From: Cenarchaeum sp.
GTDB taxonomy: Archaea > Thermoproteota > Nitrososphaeria > Nitrososphaerales > Nitrosopumilaceae
NCBI GenBank assembly: GCA_965242695.1
Contig: CBDESU010000002.1
Span: 704,001-768,000, forward strand
Length of the DNA stretch: 64,000 nucleotides
Reading direction: 5' to 3'
Of the stretch, positions 18,389-28,173 are shown in pieces. Below the pieces are notes generated by a model, which saw nothing but the letters and a program-made list of their open reading frames with translations, was not told the origin of the DNA and did not search any database. The position numbers were made by a program, and so were the translations under genes. Numbering within the stretch: the first letter of the stretch is position 1; every line of letters starts with the position of its first letter.

Positions 18389-19500
18389 CCCCTCTTGGGG
18401 ATCACGGCGCGGGGCCCGCCAAAGCTGTACGTGTTCCCCGTCCCCCTGTAGTCGCGCGGCCTGACCGGATCGCCCCCCTCCAGCCCGCGCTTCGTGAGCG
18501 ACAGGCCGGCGAGCAGCTCTACGATCAGCCGCTGGCCTAGGCCCGACGTTATGCCCCCGTTGTACGAACTGTTGTCGCTAACGTCGTACGCCGGCGCGAC
18601 CTCGACGAGGTCCATGGCGAACCTGTCCGGGTCGAACGACTTTGAGAGCAGGCGGATCATCCGTATGCCCTCCCTCGACGTCAGGCCGTTCGGCTCGGGC
18701 TCGCCCGTGCCGGGCGCGTACGCCGGATCGAACGAGTCGATGTCCCAGCTCAGGTACACCGCGTCGGTGCCGTCGTTGGCCCTGTCGGCGATCTCCTTTG
18801 CGATGTAGTCGATGCCGAGCTCCTCGACGTCGAGCATCGTAAACCACTGAAAGTCCTGGTCGGACATCCACTTGTACAGGTCGGGCCCCGGCCAGTACCC
18901 GCGCGGCCCCACTAGCGAGTAGTTCCTGCCCCTCAGGCACCCGATCTCCATGATCCTCCTAATGTGCGCGCCGTGGTCGTACTTGTACCCCGTCAGCCCC
19001 TGCGGGGCGCAGTCCGCGTGGGTGTCGAAGTGGATCATGCCGATGTTCTTGTACTTTTTGGCGAACGCCCGCACGTTGGCGTACGTGATCGAGTGGTCGC
19101 CGCCGAGCATGACGGGGATGCCGTCCTGCTCGAGCACCTCCTTTACCTTTACGGTCATCCTCTTGTGCGACTCGATGACGTCGCCGGGCGAGACCTGCAC
19201 ATCCCCGTAGTCGACCGTCCTGAACGTCCCGAACGGGTCGGCGCCGGTCTCTATGTTGAACCTCTCGTACGGCGGCGACGGTATCGTGGATGCGGCCCTG
19301 AGGGCGCGCGGCCCGTACCTTGCGCCCGGCCGTATCGTCGTGCCAAAGTCGAACGGCTCCCCTATTATGGCCACATCGGGCCTCGCCTCGACGAGCTGCT
19401 CGCGCGTCTGCACCCACGGCAGGTGCAGGAACGTGTTGATCCCGACGAACGGCGCCACGTCGGCGCCGCGGTACGCGTCGCCGTAGAACTCCATGCCCAT
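18385..19500 (-). CDS. Ureohydrolase (agmatinase/arginase superfamily), substrate unknown
   Basis: GARYGPRALR, GGDHSIT, HFDTHAD, WDIDSFDPAYAPGTGEPE, DLVEVAP: full binuclear metal ligand set. Confidence 0.9.
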   Translation of the reverse strand: MGMEFYGDAYRGADVAPFVGINTFLHLPWVQTREQLVEARPDVAIIGEPFDFGTTIRPGARYGPRALRAASTIPSPPYERFNIETGADPFGTFRTVDYGDVQVSPGDVIESHKRMTVKVKEVLEQDGIPVMLGGDHSITYANVRAFAKKYKNIGMIHFDTHADCAPQGLTGYKYDHGAHIRRIMEIGCLRGRNYSLVGPRGYWPGPDLYKWMSDQDFQWFTMLDVEELGIDYIAKEIADRANDGTDAVYLSWDIDSFDPAYAPGTGEPEPNGLTSREGIRMIRLLSKSFDPDRFAMDLVEVAPAYDVSDNSSYNGGITSGLGQRLIVELLAGLSLTKRGLEGGDPVRPRDYRGTGNTYSFGGPRAVIPKRG

Positions 19501-19544
19501 GCGAACCGCACCACGCTACGGCCGGCATATACATAAGGAATCCA

Positions 19545-19555
19545 CGTAAAGTACG
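19545..19555. promoter_or_regulatory. Palindromic site CGTA-AAG-TACG upstream of the ureohydrolase TATA box
   Basis: Motif recurs at 20910, 24688 and 24721. Confidence 0.6.
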
Positions 19556-19606
19556 CACGCGCGCCGGCCGGGGCACTGGTTAAATGCAGGCGCGGCAATT
19601 CCCTGC

Positions 19607-20878
19607 GTGGCGGGATCCGCGGGGGGCGAGTGGGCGCTGATCGCCGAGGGGCGCCGCTGGGAGGGGTACGGCGAGTTTCAAAGGGCCGCCTCGTGCTTTG
19701 AGAGGGCCCTGCGCATCGACGCGCGCAACGCCGTCGCGCTGCTGCGCCTCGGGCACGCGCTGTACGGGTGCGAGAGGTTCTCGGACGCCGAGGCGCGCTT
19801 TTCCGAGGCCCTCGCCGAGGCGCCGCGCGGGATCGACGCGCTGTACGGCCGCGGCCTTGCCCTTGAAAAGCTAGGCCGCTTCGAGGAGGCGGCCGGGTGC
19901 TTTGCGGCCGTCTCCGAGATCGACGCCTCGTACTCTGACGCGCAGTCCTGCAGGGCATCGTGCCTGAGCGGCGCAGGCCGCCACGCCGAGGCGCTGCGGC
20001 TCGTCGACGAGGCCCTAACGTCGCGGCCGGGCGATTCGTCCGCCGCCTTCTACTGCAAGAGCCGCATCCTGGGCAGGATGGGGCGCGCAAAAGAGTCCGT
20101 GTCGTGCCTTGAGGAGGCCATACGCGAGGACTCGAGGCGCTCTGCCGAAAGGTACGAGGAGGGCGCGGCCCTGGCCCGGCGCGGCAGGCACGAGGATGCG
20201 ATCGCGCTGTACACGGAGGCCATCAGGCTGGACCCAAAGAACACGCGCGCCCTTGTCGCAAAGGGCTGGACGCTGGACTTGGCCGGCCTCCCGCCCAAGG
20301 AGGCCGTGGCCTACTTTGACAGGGCGCTGGCCGTCGATCCGCGCTGCCACGAGGCGCTCATCAACAAGGGCATACTGTACGACCGCACGGGCCTCTACAA
20401 GAAGGCCGTCGAGTGCTTTGACCGCGTGCTCGGCGACGATCCGGCCAGCGCAAGGGCCATGTACAGCAAGGCCGTCTCCCTGTTCGGCCTAAACCAAAAG
20501 GCCGCGGCCGTGTTCTTCTGCGAGAGCGCCATCCGGCTCGACCCGACGAACGTAAAGGCGCTGTGCAGCATGGTATGGATACTCGAGCACAGCAAGAGGT
20601 ACGCCGACGCGCTCGCCTACTGCGACAGGGCCCTTGCCGAGGACCCCGGCTACGCCTACGCGGCGAGCTATCGCGGCAAGCTGCTCCTGCTCCTCGGCAG
20701 GCACGACGAGGCCCTCTCGCAGTACGACAGGGCGCTAGAGCTCGACCCCGGCAACCGCACCGCCATCTACCACCGCGACAGGGCCCTCGAAAAGGTAGAG
20801 GCGGAGGAGCGGCGGCGGGGCGGCGGGGCGCCGCGGCTGCGGCGGCTGTTTGGCCGCCCCGGGCCGGCGGCCGCGTAG
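19607..20878 (+). CDS. Tetratricopeptide-repeat protein
   Basis: About 11 TPR units (A..CFERAL.IDP..ALxxKG pattern); TTAAAT box at about 19580. Confidence 0.88.
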   Translation: MAGSAGGEWALIAEGRRWEGYGEFQRAASCFERALRIDARNAVALLRLGHALYGCERFSDAEARFSEALAEAPRGIDALYGRGLALEKLGRFEEAAGCFAAVSEIDASYSDAQSCRASCLSGAGRHAEALRLVDEALTSRPGDSSAAFYCKSRILGRMGRAKESVSCLEEAIREDSRRSAERYEEGAALARRGRHEDAIALYTEAIRLDPKNTRALVAKGWTLDLAGLPPKEAVAYFDRALAVDPRCHEALINKGILYDRTGLYKKAVECFDRVLGDDPASARAMYSKAVSLFGLNQKAAAVFFCESAIRLDPTNVKALCSMVWILEHSKRYADALAYCDRALAEDPGYAYAASYRGKLLLLLGRHDEALSQYDRALELDPGNRTAIYHRDRALEKVEAEERRRGGGAPRLRRLFGRPGPAAA

Positions 20879-20907
20879 CGCCGGCGGCCGCGCGGCGCGC
20901 CGGAAAA

Positions 20908-20922
20908 TGCGTATTGTACGCA
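20908..20922. promoter_or_regulatory. Palindromic site TGCGTA-TTG-TACGCA upstream of the 84-aa gene
   Basis: Perfect 6-bp arms, upstream of the CTTAAAT TATA box. Confidence 0.6.
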
Positions 20923-20974
20923 CGCCCCGCCCGCCCGAAAAAAGCCTTAAATCAAACCGCCGCACTTGCGGGGC

Positions 20975-21229
20975 ATGGTTCAAGTCTCGACGGCCGAGGA
21001 CATCGACAGGGAGTCGCGCAGGGTGATCGCCTCGCTCTACGGCGACGGCGTGTCGGACTTTCGCGTCAACGAGTCGTTTGCGGTGCCCGAAAAGGGGCCG
21101 CGCGAGGCGTGGGACGTGCAGGTCAACTTCATGCTCAACGGCCTAAAGTACACCGTCGACCTGGAGATACAGGAAAAGGACTGCCAGGTGACCAACGCGC
21201 GCCTGATCGACACGATGACCCCCCTGTAG
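20975..21229 (+). CDS. Small conserved hypothetical protein (84 aa)
   Basis: Host-like codon use; GAAAAAGCCTTAAAT BRE/TATA about 25 nt upstream. Confidence 0.7.
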   Translation: MVQVSTAEDIDRESRRVIASLYGDGVSDFRVNESFAVPEKGPREAWDVQVNFMLNGLKYTVDLEIQEKDCQVTNARLIDTMTPL

Positions 21230-21264
21230 TTTTTTGCGTGCGGCCGCGGGCGGGCGGCCCCTGC

Positions 21265-22977
21265 CTAGTAGTGGTGGTGCATCTGCCGCTGCTCGAGCCC
21301 CTCCTGCTCCCAGTGGCTGTGGTTCCTGCCGGGATCCTTGTGCGCGTGGACCGTCCCGTCTATGTGGCAGTGGGTGTTGTCGATGAGGTCCTTTACGAAC
21401 ACGTCGTCGACGTTGAGGATCAGGGCGGCCGTCTCGACGGCCGACTTTAGCACCTGCCTCTTGACGGCGGCCGTCTCGACGACGCCCGACCCCGACATGT
21501 CGGCGACCCTCCTCGCAGACGAGTCTATGCCGTGCCAGCAGCGGGCGGGGCCCCCGCCTGCCTCCGCCCCGCCGCCTCGCCGGGCGTGCTCCGACCTGAG
21601 CCTGGGCAGGGCGTCGAGCGGGCTCATCCCGACGTTCCCTGCAAGGGTCGCCGGGACCTCCTCGAGTGCATCGGCGACGCGCGATGCGGCAAGCTGCCGC
21701 TTGCCCTCGAGCGAGACGGCGCGCTCCCTGACGTCGCGCGCCATGGCGGCCTCGCATGCGCCCCCGCCGAAGACGACGTACGGCCTCTCGATATAGTTGC
21801 GGAGGACAAAGATCGCGCTCTTTGCCGTCCGGTGGAACTCGTCAAGGTGCTCCTTTGAGACCGCCCGCAGCAGCAGCGTGACCGACCGGGGCCTCTCGGA
21901 CTCGACGAACACCATCCTGTCGCCGCCGACGCTGCGCTCGTACACGCGGGATGCGAAGCCGAGCTCTTCCTCGGATATGTCCTCTACGCTGCGGCACGTC
22001 CTTGCGCCGGTCGCCTTTTCGAGCCACCACAGGTCGTTGTACTTTGCCCTGCGCACGGAGACAATGCCCTCGGCGGCGAGCATCTCTTGGGCGCGCGCGC
22101 CGATCCCCTTCCTTGATATGACCACCCTGGCGCCCGACTCGACGACCCTTCTTGCGAGCATCGCCACATTGGCGCCCTCTTGCAGGGCGAACTGCGCCAT
22201 GTTGTTCGGCGACGTCACTATGATCTCGGACTCTGTCCTTGTCCTGGTCGCCTCCAGCTCGTCGTTGATCAGCAGCACCTTTGCGTCCCTGACGGCGCGG
22301 GGCATGGCCGGGCTGTCCACGGGCTTGTCGATAACGGTCCCCATGACCAGCTCTATGCGCTCCGAGCCGCCCCGCTTTTCCTCGATCTTGATGTCGTCGA
22401 CGTCGACCGCGCCGGCGCGCGCATCGTGCACGGCCGAGACCGCGCCGACGACGGCATCGCGCACGGACTCCCTGTCGGCCATCGAGTCGAATATCGCCTT
22501 GCCCGAGAGGCAGGTGTCGACGAGGCTGTTCATCGTCGCAGCGTCCGCGCCCCCCGCCCGCACCTCCATCCCGTCGAGCGACTCTAGGGCGAACTCGAGA
22601 CCCGCCTCGAACCCGTCGATTATGGATGCCGTCGGCACGCCGGAGGCGCGCAGGTGCTGCGCGTGGCCGAGCAGGGCGCCGATCAGGACGGCCGCCGTCG
22701 CCGTGCCGTCGCCGACGTGCGTGTCGACGGCATTGACCCCCTCGACGACGGCCTTTGCCGCCGGATGGTCCACGTCGAGCTTGCGCAGGAACGCCCCACC
22801 GTGCTTTGTAATCGTCGCCTCGCCGAGTATGTCGATGTACACCTTTTCCATGCCCCTGGGGCCGAGCGACGTCCTTACGGTGTCCGCGGCCAGGCGAGCT
22901 GCCACCAGGTTGTACGCCTGCGACTCGCGCGCGCCGATCCTGGACAGCTCGGGGTTGAATATGTCGGGATACTTCAT
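21265..22977 (-). CDS. Divergent group II chaperonin (thermosome) paralogue with His-rich C-terminal tail
   Basis: RTSLGPRGMEK, VGDGTATA, DDIKIEEKRGG, GGGACE, VKRQVLKSAVETA; tail HCHIDGTVHAHKDPGRNHSHWEQEGLEQRQMHHHY. Confidence 0.88.
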   Translation of the reverse strand: MKYPDIFNPELSRIGARESQAYNLVAARLAADTVRTSLGPRGMEKVYIDILGEATITKHGGAFLRKLDVDHPAAKAVVEGVNAVDTHVGDGTATAAVLIGALLGHAQHLRASGVPTASIIDGFEAGLEFALESLDGMEVRAGGADAATMNSLVDTCLSGKAIFDSMADRESVRDAVVGAVSAVHDARAGAVDVDDIKIEEKRGGSERIELVMGTVIDKPVDSPAMPRAVRDAKVLLINDELEATRTRTESEIIVTSPNNMAQFALQEGANVAMLARRVVESGARVVISRKGIGARAQEMLAAEGIVSVRRAKYNDLWWLEKATGARTCRSVEDISEEELGFASRVYERSVGGDRMVFVESERPRSVTLLLRAVSKEHLDEFHRTAKSAIFVLRNYIERPYVVFGGGACEAAMARDVRERAVSLEGKRQLAASRVADALEEVPATLAGNVGMSPLDALPRLRSEHARRGGGAEAGGGPARCWHGIDSSARRVADMSGSGVVETAAVKRQVLKSAVETAALILNVDDVFVKDLIDNTHCHIDGTVHAHKDPGRNHSHWEQEGLEQRQMHHHY

Positions 22978-23027
22978 CGCTCGCTCGCCCCCTGCGCCCG
23001 CTCCCGCCAAATGGCGGGCGGGCCCCG

Positions 23028-24644
23028 CTACGCCGCCCTGGCCTCCGCCGGCGCCCGCTGGCCCGGCCTTGCCTCCGGCCTGTCCGCCCCCTCGTCCCCT
23101 CCGGCATCGTCCCCGCCGAGCCCCGACGTCATAAAGCCGCTCTTGAAGTGCTTGAGGTCCTCGCCGGCGATCACATCCTCCTCGGGCGGGACATAGTCCC
23201 TCACGTCGTGCCGGGCCTTTCCGGGGTACCTGCCCTGCGTCGCGAGCGCCACCGCTATGAACACCAGGAACGAGACCATGGCGGCGACCATCGTGTCGAG
23301 CCCGACCAGATCCTCGGGTATGGCAAAGAAGAGGTACAGCCTGAGGAACGAGCCGACGAGGAGGGCGGCCACGGCGGCCGGCATGTTCGACTTTTTCCAG
23401 AACAGGCCGAACGTGAGCGGCGCGAGCGCGCCGGCGAACATGATGTCGAACGCGAGCACAAGGTAGACGCCGGGCGCCGGCACGAGGTAGCCGAGCGTCG
23501 CGCCGGCGGCCATCATCGGTATTATGGCCACGCGCGTCATCAGGAGCAGCCTCCTGTCGCTCGTGCCCGGCCGGCCTAGCCACCTCCTCTGGATTATGCG
23601 GACAGCCAGGTTGCGCGAGACGACGCTCGATATGGCCAGCAGGCCGCCGCTTGCCGTCGACATCGACGCGCCGACGACGCCCATCAGTATGGCGGCCCCT
23701 ATCGCGAACGGCAGGTGCTCGGTCGCCAGTATGGGCAGGACCAGGTCGGGCAGCGTGTCGGCGGGGAGGTAGTAGAGCGCGACGATGCCGAGCATGCTCG
23801 TCGGGACGACCGTGAACAGGGTCAGGGCCCCGCCCATGAAGGCGCCGCGCCGCGCCACCTTTGGGCTCTTTGCGGCAAACACCCTCTCCATAAAGTCGAG
23901 CGCGATGATGTCCCCGAGGCCGAGCGCGAGTATGGTCGCCCAGCTTATCAGCGCGCCGTTGCCCACGTCGAAGAGGCCTGACAGGTCCACCGCCGCTGCC
24001 GGCGCGCTCCCGTAGATGACGTCCCACGGCGCGTCGGCGAACCCGCCGGCGAAGAATATGAAGCCGGCCCAGAACGCGGCGATCGCCAGGTACACCTGGA
24101 AGAGGTTCGTGTACGCCGATGCGAACAGCCCGCCGGCCGAGGTGTACACCAGGACGACCAGCGCCGATATCAGTATGCCCCAAAAGTAGTCTATCCCGAA
24201 TACGGTCTCCATGATGAACCCACTTGCGGCCAGGTTGCCGGCCACCAGTATGGTAAAGCTGATGATCATCAGGACGCTCGATATGCCCTCGGCCCCGTTG
24301 CCGAACCGCCTGAAGTAAAAGTCCGGCAGGGTGATCATCGACATGCGGTTGAGCGGCCGCGCAAAGAACGCGGCCGTGACGAGCAGGCATATGCCGAGCC
24401 CTATGGGGACCGTCGCGCCGGCCCAGAACCCGAACTCGAAGACGAGCGCCGCGTTGCCGAGCGTGGAGTTGCCGTCGACGGCCTGCGCGGCGAGCATCGT
24501 GCCGACCATCACGAGGGGGAGGCTCTTGCCGGCCACGATGAGGCGCTTGCCGCTCTTCCTGACGAGCCTGCCGGCGAGGACGCCGACGGCGAGCGTCAGC
24601 ACGATGAACGCGGTGATCGCGATGCCGAAGCCGTCAAACTCCAT
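23028..24644 (-). CDS. Sodium:solute symporter family transporter (not DUR3-type)
   Basis: VAGKSLP, ITLPDFYFRRFG, YTSAGGLFASAYTN, FMERVFAAKS, GASMSTASG; about 13 TM helices. Confidence 0.88.
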   Translation of the reverse strand: MEFDGFGIAITAFIVLTLAVGVLAGRLVRKSGKRLIVAGKSLPLVMVGTMLAAQAVDGNSTLGNAALVFEFGFWAGATVPIGLGICLLVTAAFFARPLNRMSMITLPDFYFRRFGNGAEGISSVLMIISFTILVAGNLAASGFIMETVFGIDYFWGILISALVVLVYTSAGGLFASAYTNLFQVYLAIAAFWAGFIFFAGGFADAPWDVIYGSAPAAAVDLSGLFDVGNGALISWATILALGLGDIIALDFMERVFAAKSPKVARRGAFMGGALTLFTVVPTSMLGIVALYYLPADTLPDLVLPILATEHLPFAIGAAILMGVVGASMSTASGGLLAISSVVSRNLAVRIIQRRWLGRPGTSDRRLLLMTRVAIIPMMAAGATLGYLVPAPGVYLVLAFDIMFAGALAPLTFGLFWKKSNMPAAVAALLVGSFLRLYLFFAIPEDLVGLDTMVAAMVSFLVFIAVALATQGRYPGKARHDVRDYVPPEEDVIAGEDLKHFKSGFMTSGLGGDDAGGDEGADRPEARPGQRAPAEARAA

Positions 24645-24687
24645 CGGCAGGAATTGCCCGCCGTTTATTTAACCATTGAAAAATTTC

Positions 24688-24731
24688 AGTAAAGTACGTC
24701 TTTAGGCACGAAAGGCGGAGCGTATAGTACG
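24688..24731. promoter_or_regulatory. Two palindromic sites (AGTA-AAG-TACG, CGTA-TAG-TACG) upstream of the SSS-chaperonin operon
   Basis: First site lies at nearly the same distance from the ATG (about 45 nt) as the site before the ureohydrolase. Confidence 0.6.
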
Positions 24732-24818
24732 AAAACGCCGGATCCGCCGGCAGAATCGGGCGGAATCCGCCGCACGCCGGCTCGGATCCTTTTATCGCAC
24801 GGCGCCGCGCCCCCTGGC

Positions 24819-25034
24819 GTGGACAAGCAGTTTGCGTTCGCCGTGATCCTGATAATCCTGGGATTCGGGCTCACGCAGGCCGGCGGCGAGGACGAGCCGT
24901 TCCTGGCCGGCCTAGGGTTCGGACTCGTCGTGATAGCCTCGGTGTGGATCGCCGTCCGGATCGTCCGCGAGTACCGCGGGGGCGGCGGGGGCGGCGGGGG
25001 CGGCGGCCCAGGCCCCGCGCCTGGCCAAAAATGA
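24819..25034 (+). CDS. Small two-TM membrane protein
   Basis: Two hydrophobic helices; TTTTAT box at about 24790. Confidence 0.6.
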   Translation: MDKQFAFAVILIILGFGLTQAGGEDEPFLAGLGFGLVVIASVWIAVRIVREYRGGGGGGGGGGPGPAPGQK

Positions 25035-25061
25035 TTTAAAGAAGCCGGCTATTTCCCGGCG

Positions 25062-25583
25062 ATGCCCAAGAACGGCTACTCGACGCTGGGGCTCAAGCCG
25101 GGCACGTTCTCACTCCTCGAGAGCCTCACCGACACGTTCTACCCGGGCATGTTCCTGCCGAGCACCCTGATCATGCTCATGAACGAGGTCAGGCGGGGGT
25201 CGTACCAGGTCAGCATGCACCCCGTGCAGGTCAGCAGGTCGGGGCGCTACAAGACGCTGACGGTCCGCTCCGACGTCCGCGCGTGGCTCGAGGAGACGTA
25301 CGAGGAGAACTCGACGGCGTACAAGGGCAGGTACCATACAAAGTGCTTTGCCCACTTTGTGAGCTACTTTGTGGCCAACCTCTTCAAGTCAAAGTTCGAG
25401 GCGCAGCACAACGTGATAAAGCTCAAGGAGTCCGACTTTACGTGGCTCCACGACGAGTACCAGAAGCACAGAAAGGCCGACGGCGACCCCTACGACACGT
25501 CGTCGTTCGAGCGGTTCGCCGACTCGTACGTCAACGACCTCCTCGGCAAGGTGAGGGCCGCAAGGGAGATGCTCGCCGCATGA
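25062..25583 (+). CDS. Hypothetical protein with internal beta-alpha-alpha repeats (ribbon-helix-helix-like)
   Basis: YSTLGLK, YKTLTVR and NVIKLK each followed by helices; TTTAAA box at about 25036. Confidence 0.65.
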   Translation: MPKNGYSTLGLKPGTFSLLESLTDTFYPGMFLPSTLIMLMNEVRRGSYQVSMHPVQVSRSGRYKTLTVRSDVRAWLEETYEENSTAYKGRYHTKCFAHFVSYFVANLFKSKFEAQHNVIKLKESDFTWLHDEYQKHRKADGDPYDTSSFERFADSYVNDLLGKVRAAREMLAA

Positions 25584-25656
25584 CGGCCCCCGCCCCCCGC
25601 CCCCCGCCCCGCGCCCCCTCAATGCACAAATACACCGCCGCCCTGCCGCGCATCGG

Positions 25657-25959
25657 ATGATCTTCACCCAGGGCGAGGCCGAGAAGATGCAGGTGTTCGT
25701 CGCAGCCGAGATCGCCCGGCGCCGCCGCGGCCGCGGCCTAAAGCTGAACCACCCAGAGGCCGTCGCGCTGATCGCCGACCACATACTCGAGGGGGCCAGG
25801 GACGGCAGGTCGGTGCCCGAGCTTGCAAGCTCGGGCCGCTCCGTGCTCGCGCGCGGCGACGTCCTGCCGGGAGTGCCCGAGATGATCCGCTCCGTCCAGG
25901 TGGAGGCTACGTTTGAGGACGGCACAAAGCTCGTCACGGTCCACGATCCGATAGTGTGA
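25657..25959 (+). CDS. ureA: Urease subunit gamma
   Basis: [38 protein letters not shown]. Confidence 0.97.
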   Translation: MIFTQGEAEKMQVFVAAEIARRRRGRGLKLNHPEAVALIADHILEGARDGRSVPELASSGRSVLARGDVLPGVPEMIRSVQVEATFEDGTKLVTVHDPIV

Positions 25960-26327
25960 TGCCCATGATCCCCGGCGAGTACTTTCTGGGAGACGGCGAC
26001 ATCGCCGCCAACGAGGGGCGCCCGACCGTCACGGTCAGGGTCGCCAACACGGGCGACCGGCCCGTGCAGGTCGGCTCGCACGCGCACTTCTTCGAGGTCA
26101 ACAAGGCGCTATCGTTCCCGCGGGCCGACGCGTACGGGTTCCACCTGAACATACCGGCGGGCACGTCGGTGCGCTTCGAGCCGGGCGACGAGCGCGACGT
26201 GGAGCTTGTCGGGTACGGCGGGCGCCGCACCGTGCACGGGTTCAGCGGCCTGGTCCGCGGCCCGCTCGACGAGAGGCGCGATGCCGCGATGCGGGCGGCC
26301 CGGGAGGGCCGCTTCAAGGGGGTGTAG
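25959..26327 (+). CDS. ureB: Urease subunit beta
   Basis: [36 protein letters not shown]. Confidence 0.97.
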   Translation: MPMIPGEYFLGDGDIAANEGRPTVTVRVANTGDRPVQVGSHAHFFEVNKALSFPRADAYGFHLNIPAGTSVRFEPGDERDVELVGYGGRRTVHGFSGLVRGPLDERRDAAMRAAREGRFKGV

Positions 26328-26330
26328 GCG

Positions 26331-28055
26331 ATGGCCCTGACCATACCGCGCAACCGGTACGTAGACCTGTTCGGGCCGACGGCCGGCGACCGCATCCGGC
26401 TTGGCGACACCGACCTCGTAATAGAGGTCGAGAGGGATCTCTTGCGGCACGGCGACGAGGCCGTGTTCGGCGGGGGCAAGAGCGTGCGGGACGGGATGGC
26501 GCAGGCCTCGGGCGCGCCGCGCAGCGCCTCGCTCGACCTGGTCATTACGAACGCGGTCGTCATGGATCCCGTCCTCGGCATCATAAAGGCCGACATCGGC
26601 GTCAGGGACGGCCGCATAGCCGGGGTCGGAAACGCCGGCAACCCCGACATCATGGACGGCGTAGACATGACGATATCGTCGCATACGGAGGTCATCGCCG
26701 GCGAGCACACCATCTGCACGCCGGGCGCAATCGACGCGCACATTCACTTCATCTCGCCGCAGCAGGCGGTGACGGCCGTGTGCGCCGGCACCACGACGAT
26801 GATCGGCGGCGGGACGGGCCCCGCCGACGGCACGAACGCGACGACGTGCACGCCCGGCGAGTGGAACATACGCCGCATGATAGAGTCCGTCTCGGAGTTT
26901 CCGCTCAACTTTGGCCTCCTCTGCAAGGGCAACGACTCGCAGGAGGGGCCGCTGCTCGAGCAGGTCGCCGCCGGAGCGTGCGGCCTCAAGCTGCACGAGG
27001 ACTGGGGCACGACGCCCGCGACGATAGATGCGGCCCTCCGCGTCGCCGACCAGACCGACACGCAGGTTGCAATACACACGGACACGCTCAACGAGTGCGG
27101 CTACGTCGACGACACGATAGCCGCAATCGCGGGCAGGACTATACACACCTACCACACCGAGGGGGCCGGCGGGGGGCACGCACCCGACATTATGCGGGTC
27201 GCCGGCGAGGCCAACGTCCTGCCGTCCTCGACGAACCCGACACGCCCGTTCACCGTCAACACTCTCGAGGAGCACCTGGATATGATGATGGTGTGCCACC
27301 ACCTGAGCCCGTCGGTCCCCGAGGACGTCTCGTTCGCCGAGTCGCGCATACGGCGCGAGACCATAGCGGCCGAGGACGTCCTGCACGACATCGGGGCGAT
27401 CAGCATGATGTCCTCCGACAGCCAGGCCATGGGGAGGGTCGGCGAGGTGACGGCGCGCAACTGGCAGACGGCCGACAAGATGAAGCGCTCGACGGGGCCG
27501 CTGCCCGAGGACATGCGCGCCTCGGGCGGGCGCAACGACAACTCAAGGGCCCTGCGCTACCTTGCAAAGATCACGGTCAACCCCGCCATAGCGCACGGCG
27601 TCTCGCGGCACGTCGGCTCGCTCGAGCCAGGCCGCCTTGCCGACATAGTGGTGTGGTCGCCGCAGTTCTTTGGGGCCAGGCCCAGGATGGTCGTAAAGGG
27701 AGGCATGATCGCGTACGCGCTCATGGGCGATCCGAACGCGTCGATCCCGACGACCGAGCCGGTCATGTACAGGCCCATGTTCGGGGCCCTCGGCGGGGCC
27801 AGGCGGTCGACGTCCGTGACGTTCACGTCGAAGGCGGCCCTCGAGGCGGGGCTGGCCTCCAAGATTGACGCCGGCCGGCCGCTCGTCGCCGTCGAGGGGT
27901 GCCGCTCGATAGGCAAGAGGGACATGGTCCGCAACTCGCTGACGCCGAAGATCGAAATCAACCCCGAGACGTACAGGGTTACGGTCGACGGCAAGGTTGC
28001 CGAGGCCGAGCCTGCCGAGCGCGTCCCCCTCGGCAGGCTGTACAACCTGTACTAG
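26331..28055 (+). CDS. ureC: Urease subunit alpha
   Basis: [48 protein letters not shown]. Confidence 0.98.
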   Translation: MALTIPRNRYVDLFGPTAGDRIRLGDTDLVIEVERDLLRHGDEAVFGGGKSVRDGMAQASGAPRSASLDLVITNAVVMDPVLGIIKADIGVRDGRIAGVGNAGNPDIMDGVDMTISSHTEVIAGEHTICTPGAIDAHIHFISPQQAVTAVCAGTTTMIGGGTGPADGTNATTCTPGEWNIRRMIESVSEFPLNFGLLCKGNDSQEGPLLEQVAAGACGLKLHEDWGTTPATIDAALRVADQTDTQVAIHTDTLNECGYVDDTIAAIAGRTIHTYHTEGAGGGHAPDIMRVAGEANVLPSSTNPTRPFTVNTLEEHLDMMMVCHHLSPSVPEDVSFAESRIRRETIAAEDVLHDIGAISMMSSDSQAMGRVGEVTARNWQTADKMKRSTGPLPEDMRASGGRNDNSRALRYLAKITVNPAIAHGVSRHVGSLEPGRLADIVVWSPQFFGARPRMVVKGGMIAYALMGDPNASIPTTEPVMYRPMFGALGGARRSTSVTFTSKAALEAGLASKIDAGRPLVAVEGCRSIGKRDMVRNSLTPKIEINPETYRVTVDGKVAEAEPAERVPLGRLYNLY

Positions 28056-28173
28056 CCGTCGCGCAACAGCAGCAGCCTCGTGCCGCGCAGTCCGCTTCGC
28101 GCCCCGCCGCCGGCTGTTCGGCCCGCGCGCGCTAGGCAGGATGTAGGCCGCCCGCGCAGTCTGTCGAGCGCCT

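Noticed and set aside
18385-19560. Firm call as guanidinase with a guanidine riboswitch
   Set aside because: No ykkC or mini-ykkC motif upstream (the transcript looks leaderless), no hypAB, and active-site loops differ from GdmH as recalled; substrate left open
21265-24390. 1041-aa ORF as a transporter-chaperonin fusion
   Set aside because: The N-terminal half is an off-frame shadow of the SSS gene; the chaperonin starts at ATG 22977
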